Shown here in pieces: positions 35,258-44,548 of a stretch of 64,000 nt of DNA (the stretch's first letter is position 1; each line of letters opens with the position of its first letter). The translations under genes and the position numbers were made by a program. Source of the stretch: Bacillota bacterium (GTDB taxonomy: Bacteria > Bacillota > Clostridia > Christensenellales > SZUA-584); contig JAEWBO010000023.1 in assembly GCA_023391105.1 (NCBI GenBank), positions 19,640-83,639 of the forward strand, written 5' to 3'. Below the pieces are notes generated by a model. It saw only the letters and a list, made by a program, of their open reading frames with translations, did no database searches and was not told the DNA's origin.

Positions 35258-36045
35258 GATTCGAACCGATAGACGACACCGTTATCAAAAGCAACCGGCT
35301 TGGCATTTTGAATAAACTTAATAATCGCTTTACTAAATACAAGCTTGCTTTGCTTCAGATTCGCATTGAGCTCTTCCAAGGATGTCGGAACCGCAGCTAC
35401 CCCATTCGCATAATCGCTGCCAAAACCAATCAGTTGGTATGGAATTTCAAGTTCACCCGATAATACGATCTCAGGCCCGGCCGTCTGGCTGACTGCGGAT
35501 ACGCCATATTGCGCGAGCGCCGCTATCTCCGCTCTGGAATTAAAACGCGGACCGTTCACATGGCCGTATACTGCCCGATTATAGTATTCAAGGCCAAGGC
35601 TTTGAATACTGTCGATGACAAGTTCACGTAAACTGCCCGAAAAAGGCTGGTTAAAAATCAGATGTCCTCTGTCCTTCTCGCCGATACGATGAAATATTGT
35701 GCACAGTTCACCGTTTGGCAGCCTGTTCTCAGGAAAAAACAAATCGTCGAATACAAAAAGCTTCGCCAGTGAAAACTCAGGCTGTACCACTCCGGCCACA
35801 GTCGTGGCGAGTATCGCAGAAACCCCAAGGCGGCTCAAGGCGGCAATGTTGGCCCGATGATTGATCTGATGCGGGAGTATTTGGTGCCCTTTCCCATGAC
35901 GGTTAACAAAGTACACCTCAGCTGCCTCGATATGACCCGCTAAAACAGATACTTCGCCAAAGTCAGTTGCGACGATGATCTCATGCTGATCTTCAAGCTC
36001 TTGAAAATCATAAAAGAAAGAGCCGCTAATAATCCCGAATTTCAT
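35254..36045 (-). CDS. MTAP-family purine nucleoside phosphorylase-like protein
   Basis: FVNRHGKGHQILPHQINHRANIAAL and the length of 263 aa fit this family. The gene overlaps both neighbours. Confidence 0.7.
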   Translation of the reverse strand: MKFGIISGSFFYDFQELEDQHEIIVATDFGEVSVLAGHIEAAEVYFVNRHGKGHQILPHQINHRANIAALSRLGVSAILATTVAGVVQPEFSLAKLFVFDDLFFPENRLPNGELCTIFHRIGEKDRGHLIFNQPFSGSLRELVIDSIQSLGLEYYNRAVYGHVNGPRFNSRAEIAALAQYGVSAVSQTAGPEIVLSGELEIPYQLIGFGSDYANGVAAVPTSLEELNANLKQSKLVFSKAIIKFIQNAKPVAFDNGVVYRFES

Positions 36046-36715
36046 GCATATTCCTCCGATTATTCTTTTTATCCTGCTTTGCCTGCTTGCGCCAAAGAGT
36101 CAGATGTTTCACCGTTGTTCTGAGCCACCCATTCTCCTCGTATTTTCTGGCACTCGTCAGAATCTTCATCCCAATTGGCTTTATGCGTACACGATGCCTT
36201 CTGTAGTCTCTGATAAGCAGGTGATCCTCGCCGTATTCCGCTTCTTCTGAAAAGCCAGACAGCTTTTTGAAAAGCTCCTCTTTAATAAGAAAAGCCTGAT
36301 CTCCAAACGGCGTTTTTAAAAATCGGCAGCGAAACCACACACCGATTTCATTAAGCCGCATCAAACGGCAACCCTGTGAAAAAAACTTTAAATCAAAATA
36401 ATACAACGCCGCTTTATCTTGTTTCATCGTTCGCTGCAGTGTATCTGCCGTCATATCGAGCAGTATGGAATCAGCGTGTAAAAACCACAGGTACTCACCA
36501 TCCACGTGCTGTGCACCAGTATTGAGGCAGCGTGCCCTTCCTGTTTGCGATTGTATCCATTGCGCTCTGCTTTCAAGCGCCGCGCTAATGAATGTCCTAT
36601 TAGGCGAACACAAAAGTATCTCCCACTCAGCCGGAAAGTCCGTCAGCTGCTTTTCCAACAACTCATTGAATCGTTCTCCTGGTGCCAAGGGGATGATTAC
36701 GCTCAGCTTTTTCAT
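36026..36715 (-). CDS. GT2-like glycosyltransferase (TIGR04283-type, rSAM/selenodomain-associated)
   Basis: [14 protein letters not shown] and LWFLHADS follow the GT-A DxD-like pattern, in the matching cluster context. Confidence 0.65.
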   Translation of the reverse strand: MKKLSVIIPLAPGERFNELLEKQLTDFPAEWEILLCSPNRTFISAALESRAQWIQSQTGRARCLNTGAQHVDGEYLWFLHADSILLDMTADTLQRTMKQDKAALYYFDLKFFSQGCRLMRLNEIGVWFRCRFLKTPFGDQAFLIKEELFKKLSGFSEEAEYGEDHLLIRDYRRHRVRIKPIGMKILTSARKYEENGWLRTTVKHLTLWRKQAKQDKKNNRRNMHEIRDY

Positions 36716-38190
36716 TGCTTCACAATGCGCCGGAATAAAGCCAGCGGGTTCTTCTTCTGCGGAAGAGCTTTGCCGCCGCCTTGCGGCAAAAACTCATAGA
36801 GATTGCTGTTTATAATCTCGTCGGTTATACGCGCCGCTTCTATCACATAGTTCTCGCACGTGATTTTATGCTCCGCCGAATTCCATTTCACGTTTTTGGT
36901 CAGCACACGGCAGCATATCGCCTTCGTTTTTTCCTTAAACCGCTTATGCAGCTCGTTAACCGCCAAATACACCATTCTCTCAGACTCGTAGGTTTTGTTT
37001 CGTCCCGCAATCAAACCAAGCGCCATCACAGCGCCTGTCACAGCACCGCAGGCACAGCCGGATTCCCCCAAACCCGAACCAAATCCCGTCGCGATTTTGT
37101 AGTTGCTTTCCTCCAGACCCAATCGATACACCTCGTTAAAAGCGCGAAGAACAGCCTCGCTGCAATACAAGCCATTACGAAAATACCTTAAGGACAGGGC
37201 CACAGCAGGCGAGAATTCTGAATTATCGTCCTCTTGCACAGTGCGTTTTATGTTATCCTTTTCGGAGTCAAAATCATCAAACAGCCACGTGCTTAAATAC
37301 CGTTCTCCCGAATCAGGAAACACCGTCAATATCCGTTTGCCTTCGTATTCTGGCCTCTTGGCGACCTGAAGTGCCGCCCACATCGCCGCAGCCGATGAGA
37401 TACCGACGAGCAGCCCTTCCTTTTTGGAGAGCTCTCTTGCGATCTCTCCGGCATCTTCGTCTTTTACCGTGATGATTTCGTCGATTATGCTCTGATCAAG
37501 CACCGATGGAATAAACCCGGCACCGATGCCCTGCAGTTTGTGAGGTGCCGCAATGCCGCCGGATAATACCGCAGACTTAAAAGGCTCCACCGCAATGACT
37601 TTTATATTCGGATTATGTTTTTTGAGCACCTGCCCGACCCCGGTCAGCGTACCGCCTGTGCCGACCCCTGCCACAAAAACATCAATGCTGCCGTCGGTAT
37701 CTCTTAAAATCTCCTGAGCAGTCGTTTGTCTGTGCATCTCGGGATTGCTCAAATTGGCGAACTGCTGCAGAATATATGCGTTTGGTATTGTCTGCGCAAG
37801 TTCATTTGCTTTTTCCACAGCGCCATCCATGCCGTCGTACGCTTCCGTCAGAACAACTTCCGCACCCAGCACATGGAGTATCTTTCTTCTTTCAATGCTC
37901 ATGGTCTCAGGCATTGTGAGTATCAGCTTATAACCTTTTATGGCGCTAACGAAGGCAAGGCCGATGCCGGTGTTGCCGCTTGTGGGTTCAAGCAGCACAT
38001 CACCGGGCTTTATAATACCTTCCCTTTCCGCGCTTTCGATCATTGAGAACCCAATTCGGTCTTTCACGCTGGAAAGCGGATTGAACATTTCAAGCTTGGC
38101 AATGATCTCGGCTTGCGTCGGGTTTATTTTCGTAATTCTGACCAGAGGGGTATTCCCAATCAGTTGTGTCAAATCTTCCGCTATTTTCAT
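36712..38190 (-). CDS. cysK: cysteine synthase (CysK-like PLP enzyme) fused to a C_GCAxxG_C_C domain
   Basis: The N-terminal ~300 aa carry GNTPLV...[10 protein letters not shown]...[10 protein letters not shown] and [10 protein letters not shown]. The C-terminal ~150 aa carry [11 protein letters not shown]...[16 protein letters not shown]...CCRVL. Confidence 0.75.
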   Translation of the reverse strand: MKIAEDLTQLIGNTPLVRITKINPTQAEIIAKLEMFNPLSSVKDRIGFSMIESAEREGIIKPGDVLLEPTSGNTGIGLAFVSAIKGYKLILTMPETMSIERRKILHVLGAEVVLTEAYDGMDGAVEKANELAQTIPNAYILQQFANLSNPEMHRQTTAQEILRDTDGSIDVFVAGVGTGGTLTGVGQVLKKHNPNIKVIAVEPFKSAVLSGGIAAPHKLQGIGAGFIPSVLDQSIIDEIITVKDEDAGEIARELSKKEGLLVGISSAAAMWAALQVAKRPEYEGKRILTVFPDSGERYLSTWLFDDFDSEKDNIKRTVQEDDNSEFSPAVALSLRYFRNGLYCSEAVLRAFNEVYRLGLEESNYKIATGFGSGLGESGCACGAVTGAVMALGLIAGRNKTYESERMVYLAVNELHKRFKEKTKAICCRVLTKNVKWNSAEHKITCENYVIEAARITDEIINSNLYEFLPQGGGKALPQKKNPLALFRRIVKQ

Positions 38191-38219
38191 AATAGGTCTC
38201 CCGCTATTGATTCTTAAAG

Positions 38220-39203
38220 TTATACCAAGGTGCCTTTACAAGAGCTTCCGCTGCCTGCCACACACGCAAAGCAATGCTGACCAAAGGCAATCCGGTCGGT
38301 AATCTCGGCAAAATCGTTGATTTTCCAGACCGAATTTTCATTTGAGCATATCGGCTTATTGAGAGCAATATTAAAATCACAATCAAATAATCGTCCGTCG
38401 TAATCAACAGATATCTGACTCTTACACATCACCTTATCAGCCGCCTCGTGATTAAAGGCGGCGCAAAGAAGACTGTTGTAACGGCTGAGCTTTTTGTCGT
38501 GCGTGAGCATATGCTCATATCTGCCTATAGGCATGTTTGAAATTGTGTAAAGATTATTAAAAACAATGCCATATCGGTCTTCCAGCGCTTCTTTGTAATC
38601 CGCTTGCAGCTTCGTCTGGTCTCCCGGCAAATAATCATCAAGAGGATTGTAAACTAAATGCAGCTTAAGACCACTGCCCTCTTTGCCATACCCTAATGCG
38701 TTCAGTTTTACCAGGGCTTCAATGCTTTTTGTATAGACATCGGTTCCTCTTTGCAGGTCGACATTATCTTGTGTATAACAGGGAAGCGATGCACATACCG
38801 TGACGCCGTTCTCAGCCAAAATATTTGCCGTGTCTTCTTGGCCCGCTTCGAGCAGTATCGTTAAATTACAGCGGTCAACGATTTCGAGTTCCAGTTCTTT
38901 AAGACGCCTGACCAAATACTTAAAATTCGGGTTCAGCTCCGGGGCACCGCCGGTTAAGTCCACCGTCTTTATATTCTGATTGTTTGCAAGCAAATCAATA
39001 ATGCGGTTGATAATCAACGCCGGCATTTCTTCTTTTATGTCCGGCCCGGCATTCACGTGGCAATGTCGGCATCTTTGATTACACTTTTTTGTGATATTAA
39101 GCTGCAATGTGTCTATCGATTTACGGGTTTGGCTCACCTCATGCTTCGCCAGTGTATCTTCAAAGCTGCATGTTTGCAGCAGTAGCTCTCCCAATTCAAT
39201 CAC
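38220..39203 (-). CDS. arsS: radical SAM/Cys-rich protein of the ArsS type (TIGR04167-like), Cys form
   Basis: [16 protein letters not shown] carries the CxxxCxxC motif. The C-terminal Cys-rich tail is [15 protein letters not shown]. There is no in-frame TGA. Confidence 0.7.
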   Translation of the reverse strand: MIELGELLLQTCSFEDTLAKHEVSQTRKSIDTLQLNITKKCNQRCRHCHVNAGPDIKEEMPALIINRIIDLLANNQNIKTVDLTGGAPELNPNFKYLVRRLKELELEIVDRCNLTILLEAGQEDTANILAENGVTVCASLPCYTQDNVDLQRGTDVYTKSIEALVKLNALGYGKEGSGLKLHLVYNPLDDYLPGDQTKLQADYKEALEDRYGIVFNNLYTISNMPIGRYEHMLTHDKKLSRYNSLLCAAFNHEAADKVMCKSQISVDYDGRLFDCDFNIALNKPICSNENSVWKINDFAEITDRIAFGQHCFACVAGSGSSCKGTLV

Positions 39204-39958
39204 CCCTGTTTCGTCGTCCCTGTATTGTCTAAAGCGGGCGCTGCGCTGTCCAAAATCTCTGCGCTTTGAGCGCTTTCTGCTTTGGCTTTGCGTTGTTTAT
39301 ATATTGAGCGCAAGATGGATGTCAGACCGAACAGAGCAAACACGATGAGCAGACCGTATACAAAAGTTTTTGCTCCTCCGCCCAGCATTTTTCCCGCATA
39401 AGAATAGACGATTGTAGCAGGCAGCTGGCCTATACCGGTCGCGATAAAAAACGGCCAGAATTTGATAGACGTGAGCCCTGCCGCATAGCTCACAATATCA
39501 AAAGGCATAAATGGCAGCAGCCTTGCAATCACGATGGATTTAGAACCGTACTTTTCGAAAAAGCCGTCTACTGAAGCCAGTGCACTTTTTCCTGTCAGCT
39601 TTGTGACCGCTCTTCTTCCGTAAAGCTTCGCAATGCCAAAGCACGCGGCTGCACCGACCATTGAACTCGTCCATGAGAGCACGGCCCCGCCAACCCATCC
39701 GAATATGGCTGCATTCGCAAAGGTGATGAGAAAAGCGGGCAATGGCGCGGCCAGTGATTGAAAAACCATTAAGGCAAACGATATAACAATGGCCAGCACG
39801 CCAAAAGAACGTATATATTCTTTGACCGGCTCAGGATCGGCAGACGACAGCACTTTGGCAAACTCAATAATGGCAGATCTGCTATCCGGGACTAAAAAAA
39901 CCGCCAGCAAAACGGCAGGGATTGCAATCATGATACCGATTTTTAATTTTCTATTCAT
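39200..39958 (-). CDS. TVP38/TMEM64 (DedA-related) membrane protein
   Basis: The family core is FQSLAAPLPAFLITFANAAIFGWVGGAVLSW. There are about 5 TM helices. Confidence 0.7.
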   Translation of the reverse strand: MNRKLKIGIMIAIPAVLLAVFLVPDSRSAIIEFAKVLSSADPEPVKEYIRSFGVLAIVISFALMVFQSLAAPLPAFLITFANAAIFGWVGGAVLSWTSSMVGAAACFGIAKLYGRRAVTKLTGKSALASVDGFFEKYGSKSIVIARLLPFMPFDIVSYAAGLTSIKFWPFFIATGIGQLPATIVYSYAGKMLGGGAKTFVYGLLIVFALFGLTSILRSIYKQRKAKAESAQSAEILDSAAPALDNTGTTKQG

Positions 39959-40011
39959 CTTCTATATCTCCATTCAATGTACCGATTAAGGTATAATTGA
40001 TATATTTCAAG

Positions 40012-40977
40012 CTAACTCAGCAAGGTTTCACTCTCCGCGATTTTTACGCTCTTTTTACCCTTGTTAATAAACAGCCACTGAATACCCCCCACCAGACTGT
40101 ATGCGGATACAGCTATCGCAAACAGCACAGAAACGGTCAATGCAGCTGATGCTGTGAACCCATATGGCTGAAGCAGGAATATATAGGCGCCTTCTCTCAT
40201 GCCGTATCCGTTTACGCCAACCGGCACCATCGCAAGTACAGAAGACGCGCATGTGATTAAAAACAGATCCGGCAAAGGCGGCAGCGGTTGGTTTAGGCCC
40301 GCGATCACAGCCCCCACAACAAAGGCGACAACCGTTTGAAACAACACAGATTCAATCAGGCATATCCCAAGGGCCTTCTTTTTGCTTCTCAGTTCTTTTG
40401 CCGATCCGGCAAACCGGGCCCAGCCGCGGCTGAATTTTCCGTCTCTCTTTCTCAGCTGTTTCGGCACCCAGCCCGACATTAAAACGGCTGCGAGCAGCAG
40501 CCCCGCCAGCAGCAGCCCGGCGAGCAATACCACTGCGATTCTCGAAGGGCTTTTAGAAAAAGCCGAACTAACCAGCCCGAGCAATGCAAGGGTAATGGTG
40601 GCGATCACTCTTTCCATCACCACCGAGGAAGCCGCCGCCGAGGTGTTCTCAGCTTCTTTACCCGCAAGGTATATACGGATGCCGTCTCCGCCGATGCTGG
40701 ATGGCAAAAAGTTGTTAAAGAAAAGGCCGCAGTTGTAATAAGCTATCAGCCTGCCAAAGCTGATGCTGATTCCCTGTGCTTTGATTAAGGCCCCCCATTT
40801 AAGGGCACTGATCAGCACAGAAAGCAGTATCAACATAAAAACCGGGAGCAGCCATACAAGATTGAAATGGGTCAGCGACTTTGCCACCTGATCAATATCC
40901 GCGAGCGTAACAGCCAACGCCAACAGCCCCAGGGAAATGACGATCCGCAATACCGTCCAAACTTTCTTCTTGCTCAT
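40012..40977 (-). CDS. LPG-synthase-TM / UPF0104 flippase-like membrane protein
   Basis: The motif FFNNFLPSSIGGDGIR is present, with about 8 TM helices. The start is trimmed to the ATG at 40977 behind a GGGAG RBS. Confidence 0.7.
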   Translation of the reverse strand: MSKKKVWTVLRIVISLGLLALAVTLADIDQVAKSLTHFNLVWLLPVFMLILLSVLISALKWGALIKAQGISISFGRLIAYYNCGLFFNNFLPSSIGGDGIRIYLAGKEAENTSAAASSVVMERVIATITLALLGLVSSAFSKSPSRIAVVLLAGLLLAGLLLAAVLMSGWVPKQLRKRDGKFSRGWARFAGSAKELRSKKKALGICLIESVLFQTVVAFVVGAVIAGLNQPLPPLPDLFLITCASSVLAMVPVGVNGYGMREGAYIFLLQPYGFTASAALTVSVLFAIAVSAYSLVGGIQWLFINKGKKSVKIAESETLLS

Positions 40978-41005
40978 TTTGACTGCTCCCAATTTAAAGT
41001 TAATG

Positions 41006-42115
41006 TTAGTACACTATCAATTCATCAAGAATTGTGCTGTCGATTTCCTGACCGGTTCCGACCCAGCCGCTGAAGCTCACGTTATAATTGCGCACCTTTG
41101 TAAACCCGGCGGCTTGCAGTATGATAGCAGCGAAACCAGAACGTATACCGCCCGTGCAATAAGTAATGATTTCATCATCAGCTGTGTAGCCTAGCGCTTC
41201 CACTCTCGCTCTGATCTGAGCAGGTGTCAGCAGCGTTCCATCAGCATTATAAAAATCTTTAAACCAGATGTGTTTGGAACTCGGAATGCGGCCATTTGTC
41301 TTCTCACCATAATTCTTAAGGCCTGCATATTCCGCATCTTCTCTCGTATCCAGCAGCTTCAAGGTGTCCAGATTCGCTGCAAGATAATCCGTTTCGGCAA
41401 TGAGATTCTCATTGGGACTGGCTTTGGGCCCTGTGACCGTTGTGATTTTTGTGGCTTCCGTGGAAACTTCACCACCGGCATCCTGCCACGCTTTGATGCC
41501 GCCATTGAGAATAAACGTGTTTGTCAAACCAAAAACACGGAAGGTCCAAAGCTGACGGCCTTCTTCGCCTCGGCCCGCCTGTGTATCGGTGTAAATCACG
41601 ACCGGCTTTGTACCGTCGATTCCCAAATCACCGAATATCTTGGAAAGCTCATCATACGATTTGATATGCGCCCAATCGCCGCTCGCCTGATCGACGCTCA
41701 CGTTAGACCATTCCTGCCATGTGGCACGAACCGCATTCGGTAAGTGGCCCTTATCGTAAGCTTCCTGTGCGCGGGCATCCAGCACGATCACATTGTCGTA
41801 TTCTTTCTGAAGCTTTTCCACCGAGTATACATAAGAATCAAAGAGTTCCTGATCGCTGTCTTTTTCTGTGACATCAGTCGGGGCAGGAAGAACCTCGGAA
41901 TTGTTGTCTCCCGTTCTGATGGTTCTTGTTGTTTCGGCAGGCGATGCCGATTCGGTCTCAGTTGCTGTTTCGCTGGCCGAAGCCGATTCCGTTACAGCTG
42001 CCGTTTCAGTGGCTGATTCCGTGATTTGCGACGCAACAGGCGCTGCGCACGCTGCAAAAGTGGAAGCCACAAGCACAAATACCAATAACAAAGCGACTAT
42101 TTTTAAATTTTTCAT
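41006..42115 (-). CDS. tandem-rhodanese sulfurtransferase lipoprotein
   Basis: Lipobox TFAAC and an acidic Thr/Glu/Ala/Ser low-complexity linker. The active-site loop is YCTGGIRSG in the second rhodanese domain. Confidence 0.8.
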   Translation of the reverse strand: MKNLKIVALLLVFVLVASTFAACAAPVASQITESATETAAVTESASASETATETESASPAETTRTIRTGDNNSEVLPAPTDVTEKDSDQELFDSYVYSVEKLQKEYDNVIVLDARAQEAYDKGHLPNAVRATWQEWSNVSVDQASGDWAHIKSYDELSKIFGDLGIDGTKPVVIYTDTQAGRGEEGRQLWTFRVFGLTNTFILNGGIKAWQDAGGEVSTEATKITTVTGPKASPNENLIAETDYLAANLDTLKLLDTREDAEYAGLKNYGEKTNGRIPSSKHIWFKDFYNADGTLLTPAQIRARVEALGYTADDEIITYCTGGIRSGFAAIILQAAGFTKVRNYNVSFSGWVGTGQEIDSTILDELIVY

Positions 42116-42159
42116 TTTGAATTCTCCTTTTAATTTTCTTTGTTTGCTTTATTAATTTT

Positions 42160-42237
42160 TCAGGTATTTATGCTTCGACATCGACACGTCAAAATGGCTG
42201 CACTTGCAGAGAATGAGGTGTCTAGAATGTGTCTCAT
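42160..42237 (-). CDS. candidate 25-aa leader ORF (MRHILDTSFSASAAILTCRCRSINT)
   Basis: A GAAAGGAGA RBS sits 7 nt before the ATG. The ORF lies in the 5' region of the rhodanese-arsS operon. Confidence 0.3.
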   Translation of the reverse strand: MRHILDTSFSASAAILTCRCRSINT

Positions 42238-42402
42238 ATGAAAATCTCCTTTCGCTTCCGACTGAAAACCTTATTCATATATGTTTTGTATGAAATAGAT
42301 GGTAACACATACCCTTTCTTACGTCAATCATTATTTTATATCTTTCCTATATTTTTTATATGTATTAGAGTCTGCAATGATGATTCTTTTCAGATTAGAA
42401 TT

Positions 42403-42433
42403 AAAAAAGGACTGCTCTTTTTTTGAACAGCCC
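42403..42433 (-). terminator. rho-independent terminator after hgcB
   Basis: The minus-strand RNA reads GGGCUGUUC-AAAAAAA-GAGCAGUCC (9 bp including two G-U pairs) followed by UUUUUU. Confidence 0.7.
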
Positions 42434-42517
42434 AAAGTCATATCACTTGGAAGTAAAAAATATTATTCCTTAACACTCTTTTTCGTTTTTGCTTATACAA
42501 TACTGCCGTTGATAATT

Positions 42518-42811
42518 TCAGCTGCAGCAGGATTGCCCATCTCCGCCGCACGTTGGTTCTCTACCTGTAAAAAAGCTTCTGAGAATGGCTGCTGCACAGC
42601 CGACTCCGGCATGAACCTCCACAGCTGCAAATGAGCAGTTCTGCATACACGCCCCGCACTCCATGCACCTGTCTTTATAAGCAATCCGGGCTTTGCCTTT
42701 CTCCATTTCAAATACCCCATGCGGGCACACATCTGTACACATCCCGCATCCCGTGCATTTGTTTTCATCGAGCGTCAGTGTTGTCACGTTTTTTAAATAA
42801 TGGTGTCTCAT
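42518..42811 (-). CDS. hgcB: mercury-methylation ferredoxin HgcB
   Basis: 97 aa with two CxxCxxCxxxC clusters (CTGCGMCTDVCP and CMECGACMQNC). The conserved GVGCAA segment and a C-terminal vicinal CC are present. It lies directly downstream of hgcA. Confidence 0.85.
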   Translation of the reverse strand: MRHHYLKNVTTLTLDENKCTGCGMCTDVCPHGVFEMEKGKARIAYKDRCMECGACMQNCSFAAVEVHAGVGCAAAILRSFFTGREPTCGGDGQSCCS

Positions 42812-42825
42812 TGTTTTCCCTCCCG

Positions 42826-44037
42826 TCAGGCTGCCAGCGTTAAAATATCGTTGGCGATTAATGCGAGTATCCCCAGCCCGCCTGCAATGACCATAGCGGG
42901 TAAACCTGCTCTCATTTCCTTATTAACGCCGGACGGGCTTGTGTATGTGCTGCTGCCCGTAAAATTCATGGCGATGAAGGCCGAAATAGATGGCACGATC
43001 AACACATACGCCGCCGCCTTGAGCCAGCCGTAACTGGGCATTCCCGGCAGACCGTTCAGGAAACCCACACCGATTGCCCACAGCAGGCCGAGCAGGAACC
43101 CTTTGAACGCAAAGGCCCTTCCCGGTATCCACGGCAACAGCAAAGGCACAATAACACAGGCGATCAATATCGCACCCAGGTACGTATATAGGTCAATAAG
43201 ATTGAAGTGCCCGAAGCCAATGACATTAAGTATAAAGAACACACCAAATACGATGATCGTGGGTTTGACAGCCGCCACCAGTTCAATGGGGGCCAGCACC
43301 AGCCTGTCTTTTGCAGTGAAGTTGACCTGTCTCATCTTTTCCGTCGCCTGCATTCCGTTCGCAAGAAACGCCTTAATGTCCTGCGCGCGCACAGGCCCGT
43401 AGATGACTCTGAAGCCCGATCCTTTTTTCACGATATGCGCACTCACTCCCGTGGCGCCAAGCTGCGGCACGATGAGCGTGCGATGTGTGACGATGCTGTT
43501 AAGCTTTGTTTCGGCAATCCTATGGATCAGCTCTTGCGTTCCGAAAGTCCCTTTACCCGCTGCGCACCAAACATTGACGCCTTTGGTATCGAGTACAAGC
43601 ACCCAAGCGTTCAGACCGTCCAGCTGCTCACGCTCGCGGTCAAACGTGATCTTTTTGTTGGCTGTGACGAGTACCGGGGAATCCGCATTCGGTGTGCCCA
43701 CGCAATACAGCCTGGGAGCAACTGTGTAGTCCATGCGCGATGACGACCATCGAGCCTTCCAAGAGCCCAGCTTGTCTGCCCATTCCAGCTTTGTGGATAC
43801 CTGTGGAATCTTTCCCGCCGGTGTGTTGACATAGCCGCTTATCCAATGCTCAGCATGGCAGCCGCAGGAAGACGTTTCCCCGCCGCAGTTGCATTCGGAT
43901 TTCTCGGCAGCGGCCTCTGAGCCGCATGTACAAGGCCGCGCTTCCTGACATTTCGGTTCTAAATCTATCTTAATGCTATCTTGCATGTCATTTGTGTTTT
44001 CCGTCTTTCCTGCGCAGCTTTCTTCTTGATTTGCCAT
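42826..44037 (-). CDS. hgcA: mercury-methylation corrinoid protein HgcA
   Basis: The diagnostic cap-helix motif GVNVWCAAGKGTFGT is present (Cys158, codon 43564-43566). A C-terminal domain of about 5 TM helices follows. Confidence 0.9.
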   Translation of the reverse strand: MANQEESCAGKTENTNDMQDSIKIDLEPKCQEARPCTCGSEAAAEKSECNCGGETSSCGCHAEHWISGYVNTPAGKIPQVSTKLEWADKLGSWKARWSSSRMDYTVAPRLYCVGTPNADSPVLVTANKKITFDREREQLDGLNAWVLVLDTKGVNVWCAAGKGTFGTQELIHRIAETKLNSIVTHRTLIVPQLGATGVSAHIVKKGSGFRVIYGPVRAQDIKAFLANGMQATEKMRQVNFTAKDRLVLAPIELVAAVKPTIIVFGVFFILNVIGFGHFNLIDLYTYLGAILIACVIVPLLLPWIPGRAFAFKGFLLGLLWAIGVGFLNGLPGMPSYGWLKAAAYVLIVPSISAFIAMNFTGSSTYTSPSGVNKEMRAGLPAMVIAGGLGILALIANDILTLAA

Positions 44038-44060
44038 TTAAGATTCCTCCGATCATAGCA

Positions 44061-44531
44061 TCACTGACACTTATTGCTCGCAGCGCCGTTGCAGCTGCCT
44101 TCGATGTCGATAGCGCCGCATAACAGCTCGAGACTTTCAACCACCATCTCACGTTTTTCCGGAGGTATATCTGACAGGATTTTTTCGAAGTACACCGCCA
44201 TTTCTTCTTCGACTACCGCGTAAAGCTTTTTCCCCTCGCTGGTGAGGCAAATTCGTATGTATCTGCGGTCGTTCTCATCTGCTTCCCGCCGCGCCAGCTT
44301 TCCCTTCACCAGCTTATCAACTGTACGGCTCATTGTGCTCGTATCCAAATCGAGCATTGCCGCCAGTTCTATAAGCGAAAGGCTTTCCGCCCGGCCGATT
44401 TCCACCAGTGCGTGGCACTGGGCTAAGCTCGCCAATCCACAGCAGGAAAAGCGGTTCTGATCCAATATGCCTAATTTTCTTTCCAGATGCCGTATGGACT
44501 CTTGCAGTCTGGCTGAATTACTTGTATTCAT
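44061..44531 (-). CDS. MarR-family regulator with extra Cys motifs, first gene of the hgcAB operon
   Basis: The winged HTH is LIELAAMLDLDTSTMSRTVDKLVKGKLARREADENDRRY. Cys motifs are SCCGLASLAQCH and the C-terminal C..C...C. The start is trimmed to 44531 behind a GGAGGAG RBS, 23 nt upstream of hgcA. Confidence 0.8.
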   Translation of the reverse strand: MNTSNSARLQESIRHLERKLGILDQNRFSCCGLASLAQCHALVEIGRAESLSLIELAAMLDLDTSTMSRTVDKLVKGKLARREADENDRRYIRICLTSEGKKLYAVVEEEMAVYFEKILSDIPPEKREMVVESLELLCGAIDIEGSCNGAASNKCQ

Positions 44532-44548
44532 TCGTATACTCCTCCAGC

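Noticed and set aside
38220-39203. Selenocysteine recoding in the ArsS-type radical SAM gene
   Set aside because: Family members often carry Sec in the C-terminal tail, but this ORF is uninterrupted and has Cys (GSGSSCKG). There is no in-frame TGA and no obvious SECIS hairpin.
42229-42634. 65-aa and 111-aa plus-strand ORFs in the AT-rich spacer after hgcB
   Set aside because: They have no RBS and low-complexity Phe/Ile/Tyr-rich products. They overlap the hgcB terminator and the hgcB coding region on the other strand.
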